IMG/VR virus record: IMGVR_UViG_3300031133_000383
Coordinates: 122,635-186,634 of that record
DNA: 64,000 bases
From: a virus
Taxonomy: Duplodnaviria > Heunggongvirae > Uroviricota > Caudoviricetes
Direction: 5' to 3' (one strand)
The notes under the pieces are model-generated. The model ran no database searches and was not told where the DNA came from. It was given only the letters and a program-made list of their open reading frames with translations. Made by a program: the position numbers and the translations under genes. This document shows, in pieces, positions 47,530 to 57,252 of the stretch (positions are counted from its first letter, which is position 1; each line of letters begins with the position of its first letter).

Positions 47530-48096
47530 ATGCAGTTACAGGCACAAGCACTTGCACAGTTTATGGGCAGTACTGATTATTCTATTGATGGAACCAGCAT
47601 TCATATAAATAATAATAAATTTTCTTTGTTGACATGTGAGACAAATGGCTATACTTTTCGTATTCCTGCCAAATTCAAGCACCCCGATAGATATTTTTTA
47701 GATCATTATATTGATACGATTGCTAACACAATTAATGATTTCTTTGTTGGTTTAGATGCACAGTCATTTCTAAAACAATTTACACAAACTACCTGCATTG
47801 TTGTAAATGCTGATATGCAAGTTAGCTTAAAGTCCATATTTACAAAAAAGAAGCAGAACCTTGTTCTAGCAATTCCCTTATTTGAGCAGCATGAATTAAA
47901 TCATGTTAATTTTAGTATTGAAAAAAATGATTCTCAGTATATAACCTGCATGAAGTCATGGAAGAATAATCATCAGTCACACAATTTAAAGCATTTGTAT
48001 CTTTTATCTAATTTTGAGTATCAAATAAAAAAAATGTTTGGAACACTTGAAAATATTGATAGTTGCAGTGATCTACTTGATATGTATTTTCTTTAA
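47530..48096 (+). CDS. hypothetical protein, C-terminal MxxPhi motif family
   Basis: AGGAG SD; ends CSDLLDMYFL. Confidence 0.8.
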   Translation: MQLQAQALAQFMGSTDYSIDGTSIHINNNKFSLLTCETNGYTFRIPAKFKHPDRYFLDHYIDTIANTINDFFVGLDAQSFLKQFTQTTCIVVNADMQVSLKSIFTKKKQNLVLAIPLFEQHELNHVNFSIEKNDSQYITCMKSWKNNHQSHNLKHLYLLSNFEYQIKKMFGTLENIDSCSDLLDMYFL

Positions 48097-48167
48097 TTTA
48101 ATTGCAATATTCAACACAACTTGTTATAATAGACTCATTAAATATACACACTAATAGGAGATTCAAA

Positions 48168-48362
48168 ATGATTGATAATAATCCGAATATGGTTCATAAA
48201 ATGGGAAATGGTGATATTGTTGCAAGTCTCGATTTTATGGGAAAAATCTGTTGCCGCTTTTATAAAGAAGGCCGACCATTTTATATTGCTCGTTCTCTAG
48301 ATGGTAACGAATCTCGCGAATTTTCTGATAAATCTTCTTACCGTAGAATTTCTGTTGGCTAA
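48168..48362 (+). CDS. small hypothetical protein
   Basis: AGGAG SD before ATG 48168. Confidence 0.65.
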   Translation: MIDNNPNMVHKMGNGDIVASLDFMGKICCRFYKEGRPFYIARSLDGNESREFSDKSSYRRISVG

Positions 48363-48462
48363 GCATGATTGGTAGATAAACCTTATATGAAAATGATCAA
48401 TGATTCACCTTTTCTGTCAGAAAATTTTATAGGCCATTATTGTTTAATGGCTTTGTACACAG

Positions 48463-49194
48463 ATGTCAGGTATTGATATGTTACGCAATGAAGAATTTCT
48501 AGATTATGCTTACAATCAAAATGCAATTTTACATGACAATTTACGTAAAAAATATCGTTATTTAGGTTCAGGTACATTTATCTCAACCTATTATGATTCC
48601 AAAACAAATATGGTCATTAAAGCATTTCGACTTGATGTAATGAATGATTCTCATCATTCCCAAACAATTGCAGAGGATGCTCCTGAATTGTTTTGTGAGC
48701 TATTACAAGATATTCAAGACCAGCCTAAAAAAGTAACTCAAGTTTTAAAAGATTATATTTTCAAGACCAATCTCGACTGGGCTAGATATTGTAAGAAAAA
48801 TCATAAACGAAATATACATCTTCCAAAAGTCTATGATATCAAAATATTACCAGAGTATTTTGCTTATATTATTTATGGTGAACGTCTTTATCCTACAGCC
48901 GCATTAGGAATGAGAGCATCCTATAAGTTTGGTAACTGCTTATGCACAGCAATGACAGAATGTTTGACATCACAATCCAAACTTTCTATTTATTTGTATC
49001 CTGAATATTTTGGACTGCGAAAAGATAACTATTTAAAAAATATGGAATATATTGAAGTTGAAGAATTGAATAAATTATTAAACAAGCTAAGTAAAAAATT
49101 CAACAACTACACGCCTGATTTACATATTAGGAATTTAATGTTCCGAATTGAAGAAAACCAAAAAAGATTGATATTGAATGATCCCTTTTATTAA
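48463..49194 (+). CDS. protein-kinase-fold enzyme resembling phage T7 gp0.7
   Basis: YLGSGTF, VIKAF, HLPKVYDI, DLHIRNLMF, ILNDP parallel recalled T7 LGNGHF, VIKVG, IPNVYDV, DMHSGNIMF, ITDP. Confidence 0.75.
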   Translation: MSGIDMLRNEEFLDYAYNQNAILHDNLRKKYRYLGSGTFISTYYDSKTNMVIKAFRLDVMNDSHHSQTIAEDAPELFCELLQDIQDQPKKVTQVLKDYIFKTNLDWARYCKKNHKRNIHLPKVYDIKILPEYFAYIIYGERLYPTAALGMRASYKFGNCLCTAMTECLTSQSKLSIYLYPEYFGLRKDNYLKNMEYIEVEELNKLLNKLSKKFNNYTPDLHIRNLMFRIEENQKRLILNDPFY

Positions 49195-49276
49195 TGTTAA
49201 TAATATATTTTAATATGATTGATTTATTTCAACATCACGTTAATATATAATTTATCATGACATAAAGGAGATAAAC

Positions 49277-49471
49277 ATGTTTGATGCAATGGGTATTATG
49301 AAATTGGTTCCAAAGGCTAAGCTTCTGGTTAAATTGCTGCAATCTGCAATGACAGAGTATGACCAAAATATCAAAAAATATAATATTAAACCAAACGATA
49401 CACAAGAGTATCATAAATTAAAAAATGAAATCCAAGAAATTATGGAAAAAGACAAGCCAAAAGTTAAGTAA
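49277..49471 (+). CDS. small hypothetical protein
   Basis: AAGGAG SD; terminator-like hairpin at 49497-49521. Confidence 0.7.
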   Translation: MFDAMGIMKLVPKAKLLVKLLQSAMTEYDQNIKKYNIKPNDTQEYHKLKNEIQEIMEKDKPKVK

Positions 49472-49637
49472 TTATGAATTTTGACAAATTCGTTATAAAG
49501 GAACCTCGCGGCTCCTTTTTAAATTATTTCTAGCCTTATAAATGTTTTTGAAATATATTTGTAGTATGAATGTCATTTCAATATCATTGATTTTTACTCA
49601 ATATCTGATAAAATCTATATAACAAAATAGGTGATAT

Positions 49638-50111
49638 ATGAAAAAGTTCATCAAACACATGCTAGATTTTCTTAATAGCAATGAAAAAGATTCAATCAAG
49701 TTTGAAATATTTAATCAATCTAATTCAGAAATTGTCAATTCTTTTGATAATCATATCAAACAATTCAATAATAACGAAAAAGTCAATAGCCTAACTTTTT
49801 CAAGTTTTGGAGCTTTTATTACAGCTTATTCAAAAAAACATCGTACTTATGAATTAACATGTCCCTTTTTTAAGCAAGGTGAAGAAATAGGAACTGCCAA
49901 TATAATCATAGTAATGGAAGCAAATTTAAAAATTTTAGAAAAGATATTTGAAAATAAATTTAAAATTGTTGCGTTCTATGTTGAGCATAACGAAGTGGGT
50001 TGCATTTATGAAAACAAGAAAGGTAATCTAGATTATTTCATAGAAAAGAGTCTTATTGAAATCATTACAATAAAGGATGTCACTGTTGATTTAAGTCTTT
50101 TAGCACTTTGA
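49638..50111 (+). CDS. hypothetical protein
   Basis: AGGTG SD; 157 aa. Confidence 0.7.
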   Translation: MKKFIKHMLDFLNSNEKDSIKFEIFNQSNSEIVNSFDNHIKQFNNNEKVNSLTFSSFGAFITAYSKKHRTYELTCPFFKQGEEIGTANIIIVMEANLKILEKIFENKFKIVAFYVEHNEVGCIYENKKGNLDYFIEKSLIEIITIKDVTVDLSLLAL

Positions 50112-50217
50112 TTTGACCTCTCTATCTCTGTGTTTATCAACGAAAAATGTCATATAAAAATTCATTGATAAACTTGCAGTGGTTTGATATAATAGCTACA
50201 TTCTCAATGGAGGAACT

Positions 50218-50547
50218 ATGAAAATAACACCTTATACTTTTGCTCTTTTAAAAGATGGAAACTACTTTTTTATTGAATCTGTTTCCAAAAGAAGAGTGGA
50301 TTCAAGTACTCTTCCAGATAAAATTATAAAAGGCTATCTTTTAAAAAAATCCGTTGTGTCATTGGATGGGGAAAGTACTAAAAGTATTCTCAATATTAAA
50401 ACAGCTAATTATCAAAAGATTGTTGATTTTTTATTTGCAAGCAGCAAGTGTGAAGAAAATGCTTGGGCCTATGTTTGCGAAATTGATAAAATAATTAAAA
50501 CCAAAGTCGTTGCATTCAGTATTCCTGATGTGGACGTTATTGAATAA
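50218..50547 (+). CDS. hypothetical protein
   Basis: GGAGG SD; 109 aa. Confidence 0.7.
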   Translation: MKITPYTFALLKDGNYFFIESVSKRRVDSSTLPDKIIKGYLLKKSVVSLDGESTKSILNIKTANYQKIVDFLFASSKCEENAWAYVCEIDKIIKTKVVAFSIPDVDVIE

Positions 50548-50559
50548 GGTAATAATAAT

Positions 50560-51012
50560 ATGAAAGAACTAACATTTGCTGTATTCATTGTAAAAAGTAT
50601 TGATGATTTGGATCATCTTTTCATGGCTCATTCAACTGGCAATAAGTTTTGGGATGTACCAAAAGGTGGTGCAGAAGATGATGAAAAAGCAATTGAATCG
50701 GCTCTACGTGAACTTGTAGAAGAGACAGGTATTGTTTTTCAAGCATCAGACTTACTGGATATGGGAATTTTTCAATATAATAGACGTAAACATATGCATG
50801 TGTTTCTTTATACGGGTGATAATTATCCCCGGCCTGATGAATGCTTGTGTACTAGCACATTCACTTGTAACTATACACAGAGAGAACGACCTGAAGTAGA
50901 CGATTTCAAATATGTTCCTTTTAGTGAAGTAACAGAACACTGTGCAAAAAGTTTTAATAATGTATTTGATGTGTTTTTGATTAAATATAATGATATGAAG
51001 GTATATACATGA
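50560..51012 (+). CDS. NUDIX hydrolase
   Basis: Nudix box PKGGAEDDEKAIESALRELVEETGI. Confidence 0.9.
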   Translation: MKELTFAVFIVKSIDDLDHLFMAHSTGNKFWDVPKGGAEDDEKAIESALRELVEETGIVFQASDLLDMGIFQYNRRKHMHVFLYTGDNYPRPDECLCTSTFTCNYTQRERPEVDDFKYVPFSEVTEHCAKSFNNVFDVFLIKYNDMKVYT

Positions 51013-51191
51013 TAAAAAGCTTTGAAAATACATTGAATGATAGTGTCAATAACAATACTACAATTGATTCAAAATTGATGTTGGTACTTAATTATTTAGA
51101 TTCTCATTGTCCTGACAAACTAGAACATTTTGAACAATTTCTGAAAGCTATTCAAGTATCCGAAAAATCTAAAATCACTCCTAGTCTTTGA
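51009..51191 (+). CDS. small hypothetical protein
   Basis: ATGA overlap with NUDIX stop; terminator at 51206-51233. Confidence 0.55.
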   Translation: MIKSFENTLNDSVNNNTTIDSKLMLVLNYLDSHCPDKLEHFEQFLKAIQVSEKSKITPSL

Positions 51192-51277
51192 AATTCAATA
51201 TCTATAAAAACTGGATTGGTTCCAGTTTTTTTTATGCTATACTATAATTATATATCATAACCAAGCCAAAATACAAA

Positions 51278-52303
51278 ATGAAATATTATTCAATGGCATC
51301 CATTAAAAGTCCAATTATGAAAAGACTCAAAACCAAGCTGGATAAACAAGTTTTATCTGCTCTCACTAGTGTTGCATTCATGTATAAAAACATTGAATTA
51401 AAAGATATATATTTATCAGTAGGTAAAGAAATAAGTAATGTATTCAATGAAGATCAAATTGAAAAAATAAATCTTTTTCTAACGATGAAAGATAAAATGT
51501 TTACAATCAGTTCAGATGACATGCAAAAAGCCGAAGTTGCTGTTGATGAACTATATGTTCATCGCTATACAGATTTTAATGATTTGGAGAAATCTAAAAT
51601 TGAAGCAAGTAAAAATGAAATTTATCAATTAGCAAAACAACAGAAAAAACAGGAAAAATACGATAAAAACATCAAACAACAAATTTATGGTACATTAACA
51701 GACTATTCATTGTTATCAAAACCTATGTTGGCATTAGATTTTGAATTCAAACACAGTCAGCAAGATAAATACCACTTTAGTAATATACTAGAAGTTGGCC
51801 TTTCTATTGTAAAGAATAGTTTAATAGAAACGCATCACTACATTATCGAAGAGAATAAAGATTTTAAACAATCAGAATCGTCCAGAGAAAGACAGCACAG
51901 TTTCGCATTTGGACAATCGCAATATGTCTCTTATCACGACTTGCACACTCTACTAAATGTGTATTTTTCAGCAACCACTGCACTTATTGTTCACGATTAC
52001 TCAGCCGAGATTGCTTTTCTTGATCGACAAGGTATTGGATATGAACATCTAAATATTTTTGATACACAAATGTTGTATCGCTATAATTTTAAAGGCAACA
52101 ATGATTCCGATAGTAAGAAACTCTGTCATCTTCTACAAGATCATCGTATTGTATACAAAGATTTACACAATGCTGGCAATGACTCTCAAGCCACTGCTGA
52201 ACTTTTTCAATCTATGTGTAAGAAAATCATCAAGAACTGGCCGCATGCTTTAAAAATTTATGATCCAGTCCAGATCTTGACGAAGATGAATAATGCCATT
52301 TAA
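51278..52303 (+). CDS. DEDDh exonuclease, paralog 4
   Basis: LDFEF, HDYSAE, HNAGNDSQAT. Confidence 0.8.
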   Translation: MKYYSMASIKSPIMKRLKTKLDKQVLSALTSVAFMYKNIELKDIYLSVGKEISNVFNEDQIEKINLFLTMKDKMFTISSDDMQKAEVAVDELYVHRYTDFNDLEKSKIEASKNEIYQLAKQQKKQEKYDKNIKQQIYGTLTDYSLLSKPMLALDFEFKHSQQDKYHFSNILEVGLSIVKNSLIETHHYIIEENKDFKQSESSRERQHSFAFGQSQYVSYHDLHTLLNVYFSATTALIVHDYSAEIAFLDRQGIGYEHLNIFDTQMLYRYNFKGNNDSDSKKLCHLLQDHRIVYKDLHNAGNDSQATAELFQSMCKKIIKNWPHALKIYDPVQILTKMNNAI

Positions 52304-53076
52304 ACCCTGTAAGCTTCCAATAATGCCAGATGATTGGTTTCAAACATAGATTTATCATAATTTTTATTGTCGTAAAATTTTTGTAGTTCTTTTTTCCAAC
52401 AATAGTCAAAGATCAGGCTTCCATAAAAATCATCTATCAAGTTTCTGATGATTTCTTTGTTATCTTCTGTCATTATGGAACTGACTGTATGTGTATCAAC
52501 TTGGTATTTGTTATAAATATGTGAGATGAAGTAAAAGATAATTTCTTTCTCTCGAATACAGTAGGCAATTTTGTAATTATGCCTGTTCTTTAATAGCATG
52601 CTGAAACAATTAATGATATCAACTGATTGCTCAGTTACTTTGAATAATTTGTTAATACAATACTCTTGTGATGTATATGATTTAGAACCCGTTTTTGTCT
52701 TTATGGTATAGACTTCATTTTCAACATGATGTGATGATACAGAAATGTCATTTTTTACAAAATCTTCTTCTTCTTTCGTCAATTTCAAAAATTTATATCG
52801 GTCAAATACGTCAAACATAACATCAATAATTTGTTTTTCAATAGTTTGATTGGGTAGCTGAATGTTATTGCCAAATTTATTCAGAATGAATCTATATTTT
52901 TGATTTTTTGATGTCTGAATACCTTTTGATACATCAGTAATTGATAGACAGAGCGTATCTTTAGACGATAAGTAAGGTACATTCTTAAAAATAGAGACAC
53001 TTCCAACAGCATTTTGAAATTCAGAAGATTTTACCATTTTCTTACCAGTTTTGGCATAAATTTCATTAAGTCTCAC
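52300..53076 (-). CDS. hypothetical protein, MxxPhi motif variant (Ala at -4)
   Basis: AGGAG SD; ends NHLALLEAYRV. Confidence 0.75.
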   Translation of the reverse strand: MRLNEIYAKTGKKMVKSSEFQNAVGSVSIFKNVPYLSSKDTLCLSITDVSKGIQTSKNQKYRFILNKFGNNIQLPNQTIEKQIIDVMFDVFDRYKFLKLTKEEEDFVKNDISVSSHHVENEVYTIKTKTGSKSYTSQEYCINKLFKVTEQSVDIINCFSMLLKNRHNYKIAYCIREKEIIFYFISHIYNKYQVDTHTVSSIMTEDNKEIIRNLIDDFYGSLIFDYCWKKELQKFYDNKNYDKSMFETNHLALLEAYRV

Positions 53077-53201
53077 ATCAATCTCCTATATAGACTGGGT
53101 ATTTTATCATAGGCTTTACTAATAAACAATATTTTTTTTAAGGTCTTTTATTTATTGAATTTTTTGTTATCATGATAGTTATATTCAACAGGAGAATAAT
53201 C

Positions 53202-53441
53202 ATGGCACTATTTTTTATAATTGTTGCATTTTTACTAGGTGTTCCACTTTATTTGGATTATAAAAAAGATCCTGCAAACAATATTGTTACTCGCAGTATT
53301 AATGAAATATCAAGTAATCCAAGTGTGGCTAACATATTAGTGCGTATTAAACCGTATACAGAAAAATATGGTATCCATCCTTTAGTAGCATTGGTGGGTG
53401 GGGTATTATTGTTACTATTTATTATAATCCTCATTCTATAA
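53202..53441 (+). CDS. small two-TM membrane protein
   Basis: AGGAG SD before ATG 53202; hydrophobic ends. Confidence 0.7.
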   Translation: MALFFIIVAFLLGVPLYLDYKKDPANNIVTRSINEISSNPSVANILVRIKPYTEKYGIHPLVALVGGVLLLLFIIILIL

Positions 53442-53452
53442 GTTTTATAACA

Positions 53453-53480
53453 AAAAAAAAGCCCAGCTATGGGCTTTTTT
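53453..53480 (+). terminator. intrinsic terminator
   Basis: AAAAAAGCCCA-gcta-TGGGCTTTTTT. Confidence 0.8.
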
Positions 53481-53569
53481 ATTTATGATATAATTAATTT
53501 CAATATTTTTGTTGTGTTTGAATATCCATTACGTTAAAATAGGTTTACTTATTTCTATGGAGTTAATAT

Positions 53570-53932
53570 ATGTCTATTAAACAAGAAATTTTTCTTTCAC
53601 ACTATCCACAATTAAAATCTGCAATTTTACTGAACCATGACATTGTGTCCCACTATGTGATTTCAGATTATTGGAATAAAGTGTCTAAACATAATATAGC
53701 TAATTTCTACCAATTCGTTTCAGAATTATTTCATCTGGCGAGTCTTCAGGCTCCACAAACTATAAAAGAATTTTTTCAACATCCAGAAATAAAGTTAAGC
53801 TATGATGAAATTCAGCCCACACATTGTTTATATATTTTAGCAAAAGGTTCTTTTAATGGTATTGACTATGAGGTTAAGGCAACCTCTGAACACAAGTACC
53901 ATAAAACACATTATATATTGGATTCTGTTTAA
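53570..53932 (+). CDS. hypothetical protein
   Basis: GGAG SD; 120 aa. Confidence 0.7.
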   Translation: MSIKQEIFLSHYPQLKSAILLNHDIVSHYVISDYWNKVSKHNIANFYQFVSELFHLASLQAPQTIKEFFQHPEIKLSYDEIQPTHCLYILAKGSFNGIDYEVKATSEHKYHKTHYILDSV

Positions 53933-53961
53933 TATAAAAGAGCGAATAATATCGCTCTTGT

Positions 53962-55128
53962 TTATTTTAGTTTTGGCTTTACCATTTTTTTAGCTTCCTT
54001 TTTTGACTCTTGGCTTATTTCATCTAATTGTTTAATCCAATCTCCTTTAATATTAAACTTATCTTTTTGCATATACTCTTTAAGACATTTTATAATATTG
54101 GAAAATGCATTATTTTTACTCACTTCTTTCATATTTTCGTACAAATCATGTGAGCAATTCACCTTTGATGATATAATTGCAGCTTTTGCTATTTCTTCAA
54201 CAATTATCTCGAATAGATTATTTTCAGAATATGTTAATCTTTCTTTTGAATAAGTAAAACCCTTCATTATTGCTTCTTTTGATTGATACCTATATTGTAA
54301 ATTTTCTTCCAATAAAGCAATCTCTTTTTCTGTTTTTGTAGGCATTAAAGTATCAGTTTCTTTATAGCGACGTTTAATAATATTAGATAATTTTTTATTA
54401 TCAAAACCACTAGCATAAATATCGAAATATTGAGCTATTGCAAATTCTGATTGGGCGTCAATTCTGCCATTGTCTGTACGTAATCTTGAAGCTAGTGATT
54501 GCATGAAGAATTGTATATTAGCAGAGTGGTTGTCTAAGAAACCAAACTCAAAAACATTTTTGTCAGCTATTTTTTTTGAAAGATAATATATATCTTTCAC
54601 CATGACATCTATATCAACTTGATTAGCTACTTGAAATTCGGTGCTATCCGTTATAGATTTTAAATGGGTTGATATTTCTTTAATATATTTTTCATCAGAT
54701 TTTTTATGTAAGAGTTTTTTATAATAATTATCCAATTCAAAAAAATAATCATTAAGCTTTTTAAATTGTTCAATTCTCTCTTCTTTTAATTGATTATCAA
54801 TAATTTCAATTGATCCCATATTGAATTTACTAGATTCTATTGATTTATTAAAATAGTCCAACTCAGTTTCTGGTATGTACTGATATACCTTTTTTGCATA
54901 ATTATCTAATTCATTTTTTAGATTCAAGGCGTCATTTTCATTTAATATTTTAGACGCATAAACCAGATCGATAACTTTTTCAAAACCTGAATTTTGAAAG
55001 GTTAGTAAAAAACCTTGAATAGTTTCTGTGTCATATCTAAAAGAGACAAAAACCACTTTTTGATTTTGTTTTTCATTGATTTCATCTTTATTTGATAAAA
55101 ATTCAAGCAACCCGCCTATTTCTTTCAT
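53962..55128 (-). CDS. hypothetical protein, paralog of 57253
   Basis: GFEKV and IAKAAI..VNCSHDLYE shared with 57253; ends KKMVKPKLK. Confidence 0.8.
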   Translation of the reverse strand: MKEIGGLLEFLSNKDEINEKQNQKVVFVSFRYDTETIQGFLLTFQNSGFEKVIDLVYASKILNENDALNLKNELDNYAKKVYQYIPETELDYFNKSIESSKFNMGSIEIIDNQLKEERIEQFKKLNDYFFELDNYYKKLLHKKSDEKYIKEISTHLKSITDSTEFQVANQVDIDVMVKDIYYLSKKIADKNVFEFGFLDNHSANIQFFMQSLASRLRTDNGRIDAQSEFAIAQYFDIYASGFDNKKLSNIIKRRYKETDTLMPTKTEKEIALLEENLQYRYQSKEAIMKGFTYSKERLTYSENNLFEIIVEEIAKAAIISSKVNCSHDLYENMKEVSKNNAFSNIIKCLKEYMQKDKFNIKGDWIKQLDEISQESKKEAKKMVKPKLK

Positions 55129-55262
55129 TTTGAACCTCGTTAGATATTTTCCTTATTATATCATTTTTTATTTTTTTTCAAAGTTATTTTATTATCTATT
55201 CTATTAAAAAATTATTGTCATAAAATTTTTTTTGTGCTATTATTAGCAAAATTGGAATCAAT

Positions 55263-56186
55263 ATGAACATTGAAAAATTTACATCTATCAAAAATTTAGC
55301 AAATCTTTTTATGAAAAAGATCGCTAATGATTTATCTTTATCAACACCTATTAATCCGGGTGTTCTAAGGCATATTGTTGGTCAATCAAGTATGGATAGA
55401 AATTTCTTTTTCAACGAAATACGCAAAGATTATTCTTCTGATGATTTTGAATTGTTCAAGACTTTTATCTATGGGGTGGGTGATTTTAAATTTTCTTTTA
55501 ATGAAAATAAAATGAATTCATTTGATCACTCTAACTGTCATACAGTTTATGATGTTATTCAATCCTATCAAACTGAACTCAGTATAAAAGACGTAGACTT
55601 TACAACTGTATGGGTGTCATTTTTAGACGGTAAAATACGTAAACCTTTAATCTTTTCGACACTGCCAGCTTTCTTGTTGCATGAAGTTTCTAAAATATCA
55701 CAACAAGCAGAAAAAGAAATTATAGAATTTTTTAACAAAAAATCGCCTAAAGACAACAGTGTTATAACACGTCAAATGTTTCATGACTATCATCAAAATA
55801 TTTTATTTGAACTTCAAAATGAGTTTAATCATAGTATTGCCAATATCAATGATACTTTTGCTCTAAAGATTGCACAAAATTTTAAACATGAAAAAACTTT
55901 ATTTGTAGAAAAGGGATTAAACTATCGAACGTATATTTTCCCTAATACAGAACTACAGCATTTAATTAGTATTAATTCATTTTATAATGATTTAGACTAT
56001 TTCAATGTTTTATCTGTAGACGATTTGTTTGAAGCAGTTATAAAGGAATCTGATAATATCAGTAAATCGGTTAAAAAAAGTTTCAATGATTTATTCAAAT
56101 TTCATAAAGATTGTTTGGATAAAGAATTGGCAAACACTCGAAAGTCAACCTACCTTTTAATAACACCAGAAAATAATAATGATTGA
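55263..56186 (+). CDS. hypothetical protein
   Basis: 307 aa ORF with AT-rich codon use like its neighbours. Confidence 0.75.
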   Translation: MNIEKFTSIKNLANLFMKKIANDLSLSTPINPGVLRHIVGQSSMDRNFFFNEIRKDYSSDDFELFKTFIYGVGDFKFSFNENKMNSFDHSNCHTVYDVIQSYQTELSIKDVDFTTVWVSFLDGKIRKPLIFSTLPAFLLHEVSKISQQAEKEIIEFFNKKSPKDNSVITRQMFHDYHQNILFELQNEFNHSIANINDTFALKIAQNFKHEKTLFVEKGLNYRTYIFPNTELQHLISINSFYNDLDYFNVLSVDDLFEAVIKESDNISKSVKKSFNDLFKFHKDCLDKELANTRKSTYLLITPENNND

Positions 56187-56189
56187 AAT

Positions 56190-56213
56190 AAAAAAAAGCT
56201 CCTAGGAGCTTTT
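56190..56213. terminator. bidirectional intrinsic terminator
   Basis: AAAAGCTCC-ta-GGAGCTTTT. Confidence 0.65.
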
Positions 56214-56217
56214 ATCA

Positions 56218-57123
56218 TTAGTTTGAAGCTTTAATGTTGTAATCTTTCTTCAATGCTTCAACAGAATCTGGTGAAAGCAAAAACGTTTGATAAGCATCAG
56301 ATAAAGTCTTTCCTGATATATTTGTAATTTCTATATCCAATTTAGCTTTTTCACTGTTCATTAAATTTAACATTGGCTCTTGTACCTCAGTTGGCAAATT
56401 GGTTGTAATATGCTGTTGAGATTGCTGTTGTATAAATGCTTTTACCTCAGCATCGGTAGCTTCTGGATATTGTGCTTTTATTGAACGCTGTATACCTTGT
56501 TGAAGCAGTTTGTTGTTATCGATGTGAACCACAAATTTTTGCATTTTTGAATCGGTTAATTCAGATAATGCTTTTAGTGTATCATTTTGATCATAAGTTT
56601 TGTTTAGGATAATATCGGTTAGTTTTGTTGTAAATACAGTATAGAATTCTTTGGTATCAGTTAAGTCAACTAAAAATTTTTGAGTCATTGTATTACCTGT
56701 TATTTTCTCTTTGAAGTCGGATCTTGAACTGATGGCTAGTTTCCCACCTCCATGATTGACAAACTTGATCTCATTATCAATAGTAACATCTGTATCATTG
56801 TCTTTTACTTCATAATTATTAAAACTAACTTTTACATTATTGGAAAATATGTTTTCTTTACTATAGAATTTTAGGCCATCAACTTCAAGATCACCTTTCT
56901 GTGAAGAACCCTCAGAAGTAACTGTCATGTCTTTTATTTTCAGAGTACCTGTCAGGATATTGGTAGATACTTGACCCGTAAGACTTGGAGCATCAGGAGA
57001 CTTTGATGTATTCTTGGCATCCAGTGCAGCTTGGATTTTTTCTTCAACTTGATTATTAGCAAAATAGAAAGCCCCTGCTCCTATGATGGCAATCACGCCT
57101 ATTGTTGTTGCTATTTTTTTCAT
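56218..57123 (-). CDS. signal-anchored periplasmic protein (YdgA/DUF945-like, weak)
   Basis: AAAGGAG SD before ATG 57123; MKKIATTIGVIAIIGAGAFYF. Confidence 0.75.
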   Translation of the reverse strand: MKKIATTIGVIAIIGAGAFYFANNQVEEKIQAALDAKNTSKSPDAPSLTGQVSTNILTGTLKIKDMTVTSEGSSQKGDLEVDGLKFYSKENIFSNNVKVSFNNYEVKDNDTDVTIDNEIKFVNHGGGKLAISSRSDFKEKITGNTMTQKFLVDLTDTKEFYTVFTTKLTDIILNKTYDQNDTLKALSELTDSKMQKFVVHIDNNKLLQQGIQRSIKAQYPEATDAEVKAFIQQQSQQHITTNLPTEVQEPMLNLMNSEKAKLDIEITNISGKTLSDAYQTFLLSPDSVEALKKDYNIKASN

Positions 57124-57252
57124 GCTGTCTCCTTTGATTAATTTATAAAGACTATTATTACTTGTTTTCTTAAATAAATCAAGTCCTTGTCTTTTAGATC
57201 GACATTTTATCAACAGTAGTGTATAATGATAAAATAAATCACGGAGATTCAC

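Noticed and set aside
19-57252. Several ORF-track start positions (19, 1382, 1810, 7097, 27726, 38537, 40080, 42811, 48102, 53172, 57252)
   Set aside because: Downstream ATGs have better SD spacing or restore a signal peptide or paralog-aligned N-terminus.
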